A stretch of DNA of 64,000 nucleotides from Candidatus Latescibacterota bacterium (GTDB taxonomy: Bacteria; Latescibacterota; UBA2968; UBA8231), in the NCBI GenBank assembly GCA_965204725.1, contig OZ242005.1:1664001-1728000 (forward strand). Reading direction: 5' to 3'. The notes under the pieces were generated by a model that saw nothing but the letters and a program-made list of their open reading frames with translations, was not told the origin of the DNA and made no database searches. Numbering within the stretch: position 1 is the stretch's first letter; each line of letters starts with the position of its first letter. Below, in pieces: positions 55,723 to 64,000 of this stretch. A program made the translations under genes and the position numbers.

Positions 55723-57294
55723 TCACACCCGTTCCACTTCAAAAGCGACCACATTGCGCGTCTCTTGGCTAAACTCCACGCCCACGAGGTAAATCGCTTC
55801 CCCGCGTGAGCGATACTTGGCCGCGTAGTCCCGCGCCTGCAACTGACCCAATGCCGCCCCCGACGACACCCGCTCCACTACCTTGAACTCGAACAGATAC
55901 ACGTTCTCATTGAACTCCACCGCCATGTCCAACCGCCCCGCCCGGCTGCTATCCTCCACCGTGATCGACAGCCCCAGCGACGCAAAGTACGAGTAAAACA
56001 CGCTGGCGTAATAGCCCTCGTAGTTGGCAATCTCGTTGTTGGTGTGCCACTGGTAGGGAATGCTGGCAAAGAACGCCTCAAACAGCGTTTCCAACCCCTC
56101 GAAGTCGTTGACCAGTAACAGGTCGTACAGCCGAGCACTATGCTCAACCCGGCGCGAGGGATTGCCCGTCAGGTGACTCAGCAAGCTCTTGTTCAGGCTC
56201 TGCTGCACCTCTCGGTTAGGGTAGCCCAGCCGATAGAACATCTCCCCGCCGCGTAGCTCGGCCCGGCGAATGGTCAGGTAGCCGGTCTGGAACAGCAGCG
56301 CCTCAGTCGCAATGTGATCCACGTCAAATGCCGACAGCAACTCCTCGCTGCTGAGTAGCCCCTCCAACGCCAGCGCACTCACCCCCCGTGCCAATAGCAT
56401 CTCAAGCAGAAACGTCGGCGTTCCCGTCTCAAACCAGTAGGCACCGAACTGGCGGCGGTCGAACAGCAGGAGGACGTCGAAGGGGTTGTACACCTGTTCC
56501 TCCCCCAGCCAGTTGTACCCGTTGTACCACGTACGGATTTCTTCTCGGTCCAATCCGGGCAGTTCCGCGGCGAACACCGCGTCCAAGTCCGCCTCAGTAT
56601 AGCCGCAGATCGCTGAGTAGCGCGGGTCCAAGGTGATGTCTTTGAGGTTGTTGAGGCCGGAGAATAGGCTGACCTTGGAGAATTTGCTCACCCCGGTGAG
56701 GAAGCTAAACGCGATGTGCGCGTCGCCAAACTTGATCGTCGCATACAGCCCGCGCAGAAAGTCGCGGTTGGCACGAGCCACCTCCGGCACCTCGAGCGCG
56801 TCTAAAATCGGCTTATCATACTCGTCTATCAGCACCACCACCCGCTGGCCGGTGCGCTCGTGCAACGCTTCAAGTAGATGGCTAAACCGCGCCGGCGCCC
56901 CAGCGCAGTCCGACCCGACACCCTCCCGCCTTTCCATCGCGACCAGTTGCGCCATCGCGTCCTCTTGTAGTTCGCCTAGCTCCTTGAAGTTGCCCCTGCT
57001 AAAGTCGAGCCGCAGCACCGGATGGCGCACCGACCAGTCCCACTGAGGGTGGATCGCCAACCCCTTAAACAGCGGCTCGTTGCCAGCAAACAACTCTTTC
57101 AGCGTATCCAAAAACAGACTCTTGCCAAACCGACGAGGACGAGACAGAAAGTAGTGCGTACCCTCAGCGACCAGCCGACCCATGTACGCGGTCTTATCGA
57201 CATAGTAGTAATTCTCTTCCCGAATCGTGCGGAACGTCTGAATGCCGATGGGCAGTTTGGGCTTAACTGGCTCTTCGGGGTCTATCAGTAGCAT
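55723..57294 (-). CDS. AAA-ATPase-like + PD-(D/E)XK nuclease protein, copy C
   Basis: Same motifs and same length (1572 nt). Confidence 0.92.
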   Translation of the reverse strand: MLLIDPEEPVKPKLPIGIQTFRTIREENYYYVDKTAYMGRLVAEGTHYFLSRPRRFGKSLFLDTLKELFAGNEPLFKGLAIHPQWDWSVRHPVLRLDFSRGNFKELGELQEDAMAQLVAMERREGVGSDCAGAPARFSHLLEALHERTGQRVVVLIDEYDKPILDALEVPEVARANRDFLRGLYATIKFGDAHIAFSFLTGVSKFSKVSLFSGLNNLKDITLDPRYSAICGYTEADLDAVFAAELPGLDREEIRTWYNGYNWLGEEQVYNPFDVLLLFDRRQFGAYWFETGTPTFLLEMLLARGVSALALEGLLSSEELLSAFDVDHIATEALLFQTGYLTIRRAELRGGEMFYRLGYPNREVQQSLNKSLLSHLTGNPSRRVEHSARLYDLLLVNDFEGLETLFEAFFASIPYQWHTNNEIANYEGYYASVFYSYFASLGLSITVEDSSRAGRLDMAVEFNENVYLFEFKVVERVSSGAALGQLQARDYAAKYRSRGEAIYLVGVEFSQETRNVVAFEVERV

Positions 57295-57426
57295 GGGGCT
57301 TGATCCTAGCTTGGGCAGGTATGGACCTATAACCGACAAGATAGCCGACCGAGACAACCCATGCAAAGAGGAATTGGCTACCGGCCGCCGATTGCACGCG
57401 CTTGCAACGGCTTCTGTGGCTTTGGG

Positions 57427-57987
57427 TTATCTCGACTGGTCTGAGGCGACGAACTTGGGTTTTAGGGCCTGATAATCGGCCCCCAAGCGGGCAAAGATGT
57501 CGGCCCATCGGCGCGGGTAGGATGGATGGCTGCTATTGGGCGCGAAGCCCAACTTGAGATAGCAGCGCAGGGCCGGCAGGCGGAAGTCGTCGGTCAGTAG
57601 GTATATGGGCCGTGGACCTAACGATTTGGCTTGGACTACCGCCGCCCCGACGATGAACTTGCCCAAGCCGCGCCCCTGAAAGGCCGGATCGACCGCAACC
57701 CAACCGATTTCCCAACAAGGCCGCAACTCGCGGGTGCGGTCATTGCAACCCGCACAGGCGACGATCTGCCCCTCGCACTCAACAAAGAGCTGGACCCGGG
57801 TTTCTTTGAGTACGCTCTCCAGCCGCTGCCGGTCCCAACGACCCAATTCGCCGTTGGCTTGCAATAGGGCCAACCAGCCCTCCTCGTCGCCCGGGCGGTA
57901 CGTCCGCAGCCGATAGCCAGCCATTGCCGACAAGTCCGGGGCCGCCGCACGCCCATACCAGAGGATGAGCTGAGGTGCGGGATTCAA
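57427..57987 (-). CDS. GNAT family N-acetyltransferase
   Basis: VAVDPAFQGRGLG, L.TDDFRLPALRCYLKLGF. Confidence 0.9.
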   Translation of the reverse strand: MNPAPQLILWYGRAAAPDLSAMAGYRLRTYRPGDEEGWLALLQANGELGRWDRQRLESVLKETRVQLFVECEGQIVACAGCNDRTRELRPCWEIGWVAVDPAFQGRGLGKFIVGAAVVQAKSLGPRPIYLLTDDFRLPALRCYLKLGFAPNSSHPSYPRRWADIFARLGADYQALKPKFVASDQSR

Positions 57988-58394
57988 GTGCGGCTTTCCT
58001 GACGCCGGAACAGAGACGACTTAAACTGCTCGGGGCGATGGGGTTGGAGAACGACGATTTCGCACTCGGGGAAGGCTTCGGCCAAGCCTGCTGGCCTCCT
58101 TTGGTCGTAGCCGAGGGCAATGATGTGGGGAGCAATCTCGCCGACGATGCGCAAAAAGTTATCCCCCTCGTGGCCGAGGCGAACTTCGGCGACTTCGGGC
58201 AGCTTCACCAGCGCGGCTTCGCGCTCCTCTTGGGATTGGTCGGGATAGTACCCCTTGATGCGCCGGACGTTTTCGTCGCGGGCGACCACGACGAACAGTT
58301 CGTCGCCCAGCGCAGCCGCCTGCGCGATGAAGGAGCGGTGGCCCGGATGCAGGTAATCAAAAGTGCCGCAGCACAGTACGCGCGTTTTATTCAT
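57984..58394 (-). CDS. Cytidylyltransferase-fold protein, RibL-like FAD synthase
   Basis: GTFDYLHPGH, LGDEL.VVVARD, IIALGYDQ. Confidence 0.8.
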   Translation of the reverse strand: MNKTRVLCCGTFDYLHPGHRSFIAQAAALGDELFVVVARDENVRRIKGYYPDQSQEEREAALVKLPEVAEVRLGHEGDNFLRIVGEIAPHIIALGYDQRRPAGLAEAFPECEIVVLQPHRPEQFKSSLFRRQESRT

Positions 58395-58821
58395 CGGTGC
58401 GCCGGTCTATCCAATACTCGACACTGTGGTCCTTGGCAAAAATGCGGCCGAAGCGGTCGGCGTCGGCATGCGTGGCGAAATAGCCGATCCGCACCCGCAC
58501 GCCGGCACCGCTCTGGACGCTATAGGCCGGATAGCCCTCGTCCTTCAATGCGCGCACCTTCTGATCGGCGCGCTTGATGTCCCGATAGACGCCGACTTGA
58601 ACGGTGAATTGGCCTTCGGGATTAAAAAACACCGGGCTGGTATCGCTGGGATCTACTTCGGCTGGAGCGGCCCCAGAGTCCGCCGGAGCCAAGACTACGA
58701 TCTCGCGGCGACTCGCGGGTTCGGGTTCGGGTTTAGGGATCTGTTCGTCGGCGCAGCCCCCGGCCCAGAGGGCGGCCCACGCGAGCATCCACAACAGCCT
58801 CTTGGGGTTCGCCGCGATCAA
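58387..58821 (-). CDS. SPOR-domain lipoprotein
   Basis: AGGC lipobox-like; FTVQVGVY...A...L...GY.AY...RVRIGYF. Confidence 0.8.
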   Translation of the reverse strand: MIAANPKRLLWMLAWAALWAGGCADEQIPKPEPEPASRREIVVLAPADSGAAPAEVDPSDTSPVFFNPEGQFTVQVGVYRDIKRADQKVRALKDEGYPAYSVQSGAGVRVRIGYFATHADADRFGRIFAKDHSVEYWIDRRTDE

Positions 58822-60107
58822 TGCACGGCCTTGAGCGCGGCAAAGTGAATGCGGAGCGTTTCTTCGATATCCCCTTCCCCGTGGGCGAGCGAGGGAAACA
58901 TACATTCGTATTGAGAAGGGGCCAGATAGAGGCCCCGCTCTAGACAGGCCCAGAAATAGTGCTTAAAACGCACTAGATCAACCGTGCCGACGCTGGCAAA
59001 ATCCACCACCGGGCACTCGGTAAAAAACATGCAGAGCATGGCGCCAACCCGGTTTAGCGCGTAGTTCAAGCCCAGTTTTTGCAGGTTATCGGCCATGCCA
59101 GCCGCCAAGTCGGCGCAACGGCTCTCCAGCGTTTCGTACGTTCCGGGTTCGGCCAGCATGTTCAATTGCTCCAAGCCAGCGGCCATGGCGAGCGGATTGC
59201 CCGATAAGGTGCCGGCCTGCGAGACCTTTATGCCCAGCGGCGACACGTTTTCCATGATCTCTCGCTTGCCGCCATACACGGCCGCCGGCAAGCCGCCCCC
59301 GACGATCTTGCCCAAGCACGTCAAATCGGGCAGCACGCCATAGCGCTCTTGCGCCCCGCCCGGACCAATTCGGAACCCAGTGATGACCTCGTCGAAGATG
59401 AGGACGATGCCCTCTTCGTCGGCTATTTGGCGCAGCGCGGGAAGAAACCCCTCGCGTGGGGGCACGGTCCCCATATTACCGGCCACTGGCTCGACGATGA
59501 TAGCCGCGATCTGGCCGCTGTTTTCTCGTGCGACCGCACGCACGGCAGCCGCGTCGTTGTACGGCAGGGTCAGGGTCGAATCAACCACGCTCTGCGGCAC
59601 CCCGGGGCTTGTGGGAACCCCCAAGGTCAGGGCCGAAGACCCGGCCTCGCTCAAGAAGCTGTCCCCGTGCCCGTGCCAGCAGCCCTCGAATTTGGCGATT
59701 TTGTCCCGGCCGGTATGGCCGCGGGCTAGGCGCACCGCCGCCATCGTAGCCTCGGTTCCCGAACTCACCATCCGCACCATTTCGATGGAAGGGACCATGT
59801 CCACAATGCGCTCGGCCAGCGCGGTTTCCAGATCGGTCGGGGCACCAAAACTAGTGCCCTTCACGCAGGCTTCCTGCACGGCTTTGACGACGCGGGGATG
59901 AGCATGGCCGAAAATGAGCGGCCCCCAAGAGCACACGTAGTCGATGTATTCGCGGCCATCGACATCAAACAGCCGCGAACCAGCCCCCCGCTCAATGAAG
60001 CGAGGGCCACCGCCCACCGCGCCAAAAGCCCGCGCCGGACTGTTCACTCCTCCGGGAATGACCTGCTGCGCTTGGGCGAAGGCTGTTGCGGAATTGGGTA
60101 TCGACAT
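58818..60107 (-). CDS. hemL: Glutamate-1-semialdehyde 2,1-aminomutase
   Basis: PGGVNSPARAF, SSGTEATM, FDEVITGFR, GKIVGGGLP, AGTLSGNP. Confidence 0.97.
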   Translation of the reverse strand: MSIPNSATAFAQAQQVIPGGVNSPARAFGAVGGGPRFIERGAGSRLFDVDGREYIDYVCSWGPLIFGHAHPRVVKAVQEACVKGTSFGAPTDLETALAERIVDMVPSIEMVRMVSSGTEATMAAVRLARGHTGRDKIAKFEGCWHGHGDSFLSEAGSSALTLGVPTSPGVPQSVVDSTLTLPYNDAAAVRAVARENSGQIAAIIVEPVAGNMGTVPPREGFLPALRQIADEEGIVLIFDEVITGFRIGPGGAQERYGVLPDLTCLGKIVGGGLPAAVYGGKREIMENVSPLGIKVSQAGTLSGNPLAMAAGLEQLNMLAEPGTYETLESRCADLAAGMADNLQKLGLNYALNRVGAMLCMFFTECPVVDFASVGTVDLVRFKHYFWACLERGLYLAPSQYECMFPSLAHGEGDIEETLRIHFAALKAVH

Positions 60108-60197
60108 GAGTTAGATCCTCTTAAGACGCGATAATCGCGGACAGACAGGCAAATTAGTCGTCGTCATAATCAATGAGATTTCTTTAGGGTCTTTTCG

Positions 60198-60333
60198 TTA
60201 CTACCCGACACCAGCCTTCCGCCTGTCAAGGATCGAGGGCATCTTGCCCTCGTCGAGGGCGGGACGCCCTCGATCCCGGGTGCAACGGCAACACCAGAAA
60301 AGGCGGACGCAAAGCAAGTGTCGCGTACTTAGG
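60198..60333. mobile_element. MITE/REP-like element, copy 2
   Basis: Near-identical to 48560-48694, same orientation. Confidence 0.8.
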
Positions 60334-60385
60334 GCTTTTAGTTCAAAATAAGGCGTAGGCATTAAAATTCAACTGCTTAGCGATT

Positions 60386-61360
60386 TCACAATACCTGTAA
60401 AAGCCCAGCCTCTTCTTCTGCCAAACGCTCTAGAACAACCAGCCGATACACCCGCCCGCGCTCGGGCATCTCCAAGTCGGCCAAGACTTCCAAAGGATAG
60501 TCCTCGGCTTCCAACGGGGCGATGAAGGAGGCGAAATCGGCGACTTGGACCACGGCGATTCCACCCGCTCGCAACACCCGCGCCAATTCGGCCAACTCCG
60601 CGGCGGGGTTTGCTCCGGCCAAGCTGAACGCGTAATCGAGACGCCCCCCGACAAGAGGAAGCTGATCCAACGCGGCACTTAGGTTCGCTCGGATGCCCAC
60701 CAGCAGGCGCGGTGCAAACGCTTCTCGCAACGCGGCCAACTCGCCCGGATCGCGGCGCGCCCAGAGGACACATGCCCCCGGCTGCATGGCGACCAAGCGG
60801 GCCAAGCAATACGCCACGGCCGCCTTCGGCGCAACGCCCGGTCCCAGCCGCAGCCCCAACAAAGCACGTCGCCCGGTCAGTTGTAAGTGAAACCGCAAAA
60901 GATGCGGCCCCTTGCCGCGGCGCAACCCGTGCTCGTCGCGCAAAACCGCCGCCACGGCCGCGATCAACTCGGCCGCGCTGAACCGATACCGGCCCTGCAG
61001 CGTCGCGCTCAGGGCAAAAGCACCGGGGTCAACCGGAGCAGATGTGGCCCGCGCAAGGCTTTTGACGGGCGTCAAATCGCAGCGCGCGATGCGTTTGCAG
61101 ATGTAGTCTAGGCCCGGAGGCCCCACCGTAACCCCGTGCATCTGGCTGATTAAACCGGCGCACTGCATGGCCGAGCGCAACTGGAGCAGCCGCTCGGGGC
61201 TGCGCTTGTACGTGAAGAAAATCCGGCCCACGCGCCCGCCCGGTTCGACCTCGACCTGTTGCACCTCGGGCGCGTACTCGCGCAAATCGTCGAGTGCGAC
61301 CGCCTCCAACCCGCTCGGCACTGCGATCCAATAGCGATAGATCTTGTCGTGGGCGGCCAT
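60386..61360 (-). CDS. THUMP-like protein with degenerate methyltransferase C-terminus
   Basis: SGLEAVA..L N-terminus; AVAYCLARL; LPL...LD...ELARVLR.GG. Confidence 0.55.
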   Translation of the reverse strand: MAAHDKIYRYWIAVPSGLEAVALDDLREYAPEVQQVEVEPGGRVGRIFFTYKRSPERLLQLRSAMQCAGLISQMHGVTVGPPGLDYICKRIARCDLTPVKSLARATSAPVDPGAFALSATLQGRYRFSAAELIAAVAAVLRDEHGLRRGKGPHLLRFHLQLTGRRALLGLRLGPGVAPKAAVAYCLARLVAMQPGACVLWARRDPGELAALREAFAPRLLVGIRANLSAALDQLPLVGGRLDYAFSLAGANPAAELAELARVLRAGGIAVVQVADFASFIAPLEAEDYPLEVLADLEMPERGRVYRLVVLERLAEEEAGLLQVL

Positions 61361-62658
61361 TATTCGGCGCGTCCCGTAGGTACAATCTGCATCGCGCTTA
61401 AATGCGACGACGACAGGCAACTCTCTAGCACTTCGAGAATATCGCCGACCCCAATCTGCTCGTGGACCTCAAAATAGACGCTGGGGGCCGCCTCACTCGC
61501 CGCGACCGAGCAGAGCAGATCGGCCACATCCTCGGCTTGCTCCCACGCCCGCAGCAGCAGGCCGTAGGCTTTGCGCTTGGCGCGGGCCAAATCCGCGGCC
61601 ACGACGCGCTCGTCAAGGCCGGCCAATGCGGCCCCTATTTCCTCGCGCAATCGCTCGCTTTGTTGGGTATATCCGCCCACCGCGCAAAAGCAGAACGTCG
61701 GCTCGGCATAGACCTCGGCCCCAAAGGCATCGCCATCGATTAGACCGTCTTCGTAGTGGGCGGCAAAAAAATCGCTCGCCGGTCCCAGGGCGATATCCAA
61801 GGCCAGCTCTAAGGCCAACTCCCGCAAGAGCAAATCGCGCCCTGACCGGCCCGCCTTGTCGTCGCCAAAAAATAGCAAGGTATAGGGCCGGCTAACCGGC
61901 AGCACTAGAGGCTCAAGCGGCTGCGGCGCCGGCAAAACCACCGGCCGCTCCACCCGGCCCCAGGCCGAGCGCGGCCGACCGTATTTTAGCAAGGCAGCCT
62001 CGACGACCGCGCAAGTGGCCTCGATGTCGAAATCCCCGCACAGGTACAGCCCCATATATTCGGGGCGATAAAAGACTTCGTGGCAACGGGTTAGCACGGC
62101 CGCGTCAATCTGCCCAAGGCTCGCCCGCGTACCGGCCATATCCCAAGCCAAGGGGCCATCCCCATACAGCCCCCCGAGGCCATGCAAAAACCCGATCCAC
62201 TCCGGGTCGTCGCAACTCGTCTGGAGTTCGCGCTCGATGATTTCGCGCTCCTGAGCGACGCTCGCTGGCTGGATGTACAACCCCAACGCAAGCTCAAAGA
62301 GCAAGTCTAGGTGAGCGGCAAAATGCTCAATGCACGTCAGAGAAAAAATGGTTGAAGTAAAACTGGTGCTGGCGTTTACGTCGCCGCCGAGGCGGTTGAT
62401 TTGCTCGGCGATGTCGCCGGAGGGTTTGGCAAAAAGGCAGTGTTCGAGAAAGTGCGCGGTTCCAGCAGGCGTGGTCTGGACTGGACCGGAGTCGCGGGCG
62501 CGCAAATGCAGATCGACCGAACCGTAGTCTATGGACAGCACGGCTGCTTTTTGCCGACTGCTCGGGCGCGGCACCGCCCATACATCGAGGCCGCCTAAGC
62601 AACGGCGGTACACGACTTCCCCCAACAGCGCATCCGCGCTCGCAGTCTCACGTCCCAT
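61360..62658 (-). CDS. M16 family zinc peptidase (YmfH-like)
   Basis: YGSVD, PAGTAHFLEH.LF, NASTSF, ER.II..E. Confidence 0.88.
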   Translation of the reverse strand: MGRETASADALLGEVVYRRCLGGLDVWAVPRPSSRQKAAVLSIDYGSVDLHLRARDSGPVQTTPAGTAHFLEHCLFAKPSGDIAEQINRLGGDVNASTSFTSTIFSLTCIEHFAAHLDLLFELALGLYIQPASVAQEREIIERELQTSCDDPEWIGFLHGLGGLYGDGPLAWDMAGTRASLGQIDAAVLTRCHEVFYRPEYMGLYLCGDFDIEATCAVVEAALLKYGRPRSAWGRVERPVVLPAPQPLEPLVLPVSRPYTLLFFGDDKAGRSGRDLLLRELALELALDIALGPASDFFAAHYEDGLIDGDAFGAEVYAEPTFCFCAVGGYTQQSERLREEIGAALAGLDERVVAADLARAKRKAYGLLLRAWEQAEDVADLLCSVAASEAAPSVYFEVHEQIGVGDILEVLESCLSSSHLSAMQIVPTGRAE

Positions 62659-63913
62659 GCAGGAGAAAGGCCGTGTCGGCGGTGATGCCACCGGCCACGC
62701 GGGTTAGATCCTCAACGCCGACTTGCTCAATGCGCTGCCACAGCGCCTGCGGGGACTGGCTCCCCCCGATCAGCCCCTCCCGCAACTGATAGCGAAAAAA
62801 GTCCTCGCGGTCTTCGGCCAGCCCCAACAGCCACGCCCTTAGCAAGCACCGGGCGGCCTCAATTTCCCAGGGGTCAAAGGCCCCTGTCCGCAGCGCTTGG
62901 AGCTCCTGTTCCACCGCATCCCGGGCTTGGGGGTATGCGGCCGCTTCAATGCCCGCGGCCACAAAGAGCAGTCCGCTCAATGCCTCAATATGCGAGGCGA
63001 CGTAGTAGCACAACCCCTCTTCTTCGCGCAGGTGTTTGAACAGCCGCGATGGACCATCGCCCCCCAGCATCAGGTTTAGGAGCACCAAAGCCGGATAGTC
63101 GTCTGTGCCGTCCGCGCCATAGGCAACTTGAGTGCGATAGCCCAACACCATCTTTGCCTCTCGCACCGCTTGGCATTCAAAAATCTCGCGCTGCGGACCA
63201 GCCCTGCGCGACCGTTGCGCCCGGGGCTGGCTTGCAGTACGCTCCCAAGTAAAGAGCGACTCCACCAAGGGCCGAACCTGCTCCAAGCGCACAGCGCCGC
63301 TTACGAAGAGGTCTAGGCGGTCGGCCGCCGTCCGCTCGCGGTGAAAAGCCCACAGCTCGTCCGCCTGCACGGCCGCAAAGTCGGCCGGATTGCCCAACGG
63401 CGACAGGCCCATGGGTTCGCCCCGGCACATCTCCTCGCAGCACCGCCTTTGGGCGTAGCCTAGTTTGTCGTTGAAACCATCGGCGATTTGCCGCGCGAGG
63501 CGGTTTTTTTCTCGCGCTAGCGGCTCGTCCTGAAACCCGCTGCCATCGCACAGGATGTCGCGCAGGAAGGTCAGACCGCGTTCCAGTATCCCTTTCTCCC
63601 CAAGGAGGTTCTCGTCAATGACCTCTAAGCACAGGTGAATCAACTGATGCTCCCCTAAGCGATCGACTTGGACCGAGTAATGCGCTCCGTAGAGATCGTC
63701 GATAAAGCGGTTGAGGCTCTGGACATCGGGCAGCTTGTGCGTGCCCCGCGTCAGCAGCCGGCTGCTCAGGGCCACGAGCGAATGGCGCGGCGCGCCCAGC
63801 GGCGTGCTCAGACACACATCCACTCGAATCGTCTTGTACAACCCAATGCCGTGCCAGTGCAAATACACACCGTCCGCGAGTTGGACGCGGGTGAATTCAC
63901 CGGGGGTGTGCAT
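62648..63913 (-). CDS. M16 family non-catalytic partner (YmfF-like)
   Basis: KT...LL.RGT, LGG...SRLF..LREEEGLCYY; no HxxEH. Confidence 0.85.
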   Translation of the reverse strand: MHTPGEFTRVQLADGVYLHWHGIGLYKTIRVDVCLSTPLGAPRHSLVALSSRLLTRGTHKLPDVQSLNRFIDDLYGAHYSVQVDRLGEHQLIHLCLEVIDENLLGEKGILERGLTFLRDILCDGSGFQDEPLAREKNRLARQIADGFNDKLGYAQRRCCEEMCRGEPMGLSPLGNPADFAAVQADELWAFHRERTAADRLDLFVSGAVRLEQVRPLVESLFTWERTASQPRAQRSRRAGPQREIFECQAVREAKMVLGYRTQVAYGADGTDDYPALVLLNLMLGGDGPSRLFKHLREEEGLCYYVASHIEALSGLLFVAAGIEAAAYPQARDAVEQELQALRTGAFDPWEIEAARCLLRAWLLGLAEDREDFFRYQLREGLIGGSQSPQALWQRIEQVGVEDLTRVAGGITADTAFLLHGT

Positions 63914-63953
63914 TGACGCCCAGCGTCCTTCTTGGTTTAGTTTCCATTTCCGC

Positions 63954-64000
63954 ATGAATCCGCTCGACAACATCCGCGTCGTGCTCGTTGAGCCAGCGAC
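63954..64000 (+). CDS. TrmJ/LasT family RNA methyltransferase, 5' fragment
   Basis: MNPLDNIRVVLVEP. Confidence 0.7.
   Translation, partial: MNPLDNIRVVLVEPA

Noticed and set aside
52300-57294. Diversity-generating retroelement or shufflon explanation for the variable patch
   Set aside because: No reverse transcriptase nearby, differences not adenine-specific, copies are full direct repeats without inverted sites

Overview
A GC-rich bacterial chromosome segment made mostly of housekeeping genes: a TRAP/TPAT transporter, mreBC, HU, three clustered tRNAs, ychF, thrC-metB, two prs paralogs, apt, rsgA, hprK, mutL, leuS, asnS, rimP-nusA-infB-rbfA-truB-ribK-rpsO-pnp, der, tRNA-Gly, miaA, rqcH, valS, murQ, hemL and an M16 peptidase pair. 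The accessory genes (ankyrin, Rpn/DUF4351, tandem AAA-PD-(D/E)XK) suggest a host-associated, possibly sponge-symbiont lineage; that is inference only. The most interesting region is 23.0-26.5 kb, where gene orientation and, by eye, G/C skew converge as expected at a replication terminus. A perfectly palindromic dif-like site (13-6-13, ATAA-N6-TTAT core) lies about 440 bp upstream of a lone tyrosine recombinase, suggesting a single-recombinase Xer/dif module. Next to it are three promoter/structured-RNA/terminator units resembling P1 C4 or P4 CI antisense immunity loci, two head-to-head decapitated genes, and an Rpn gene reduced to its internal small ORF. Other notable items are a mosaic triplet of AAA-PD-(D/E)XK genes, a kinase-only RibF plus an archaeal-type RibL, a probable PRPP synthetase pseudoenzyme, a plant-like thrC/CGS pair, an in-frame 159-bp MITE inside a gene, and a probable ATT start for rimP. 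All calls come from reading motifs by eye; no searches were run.
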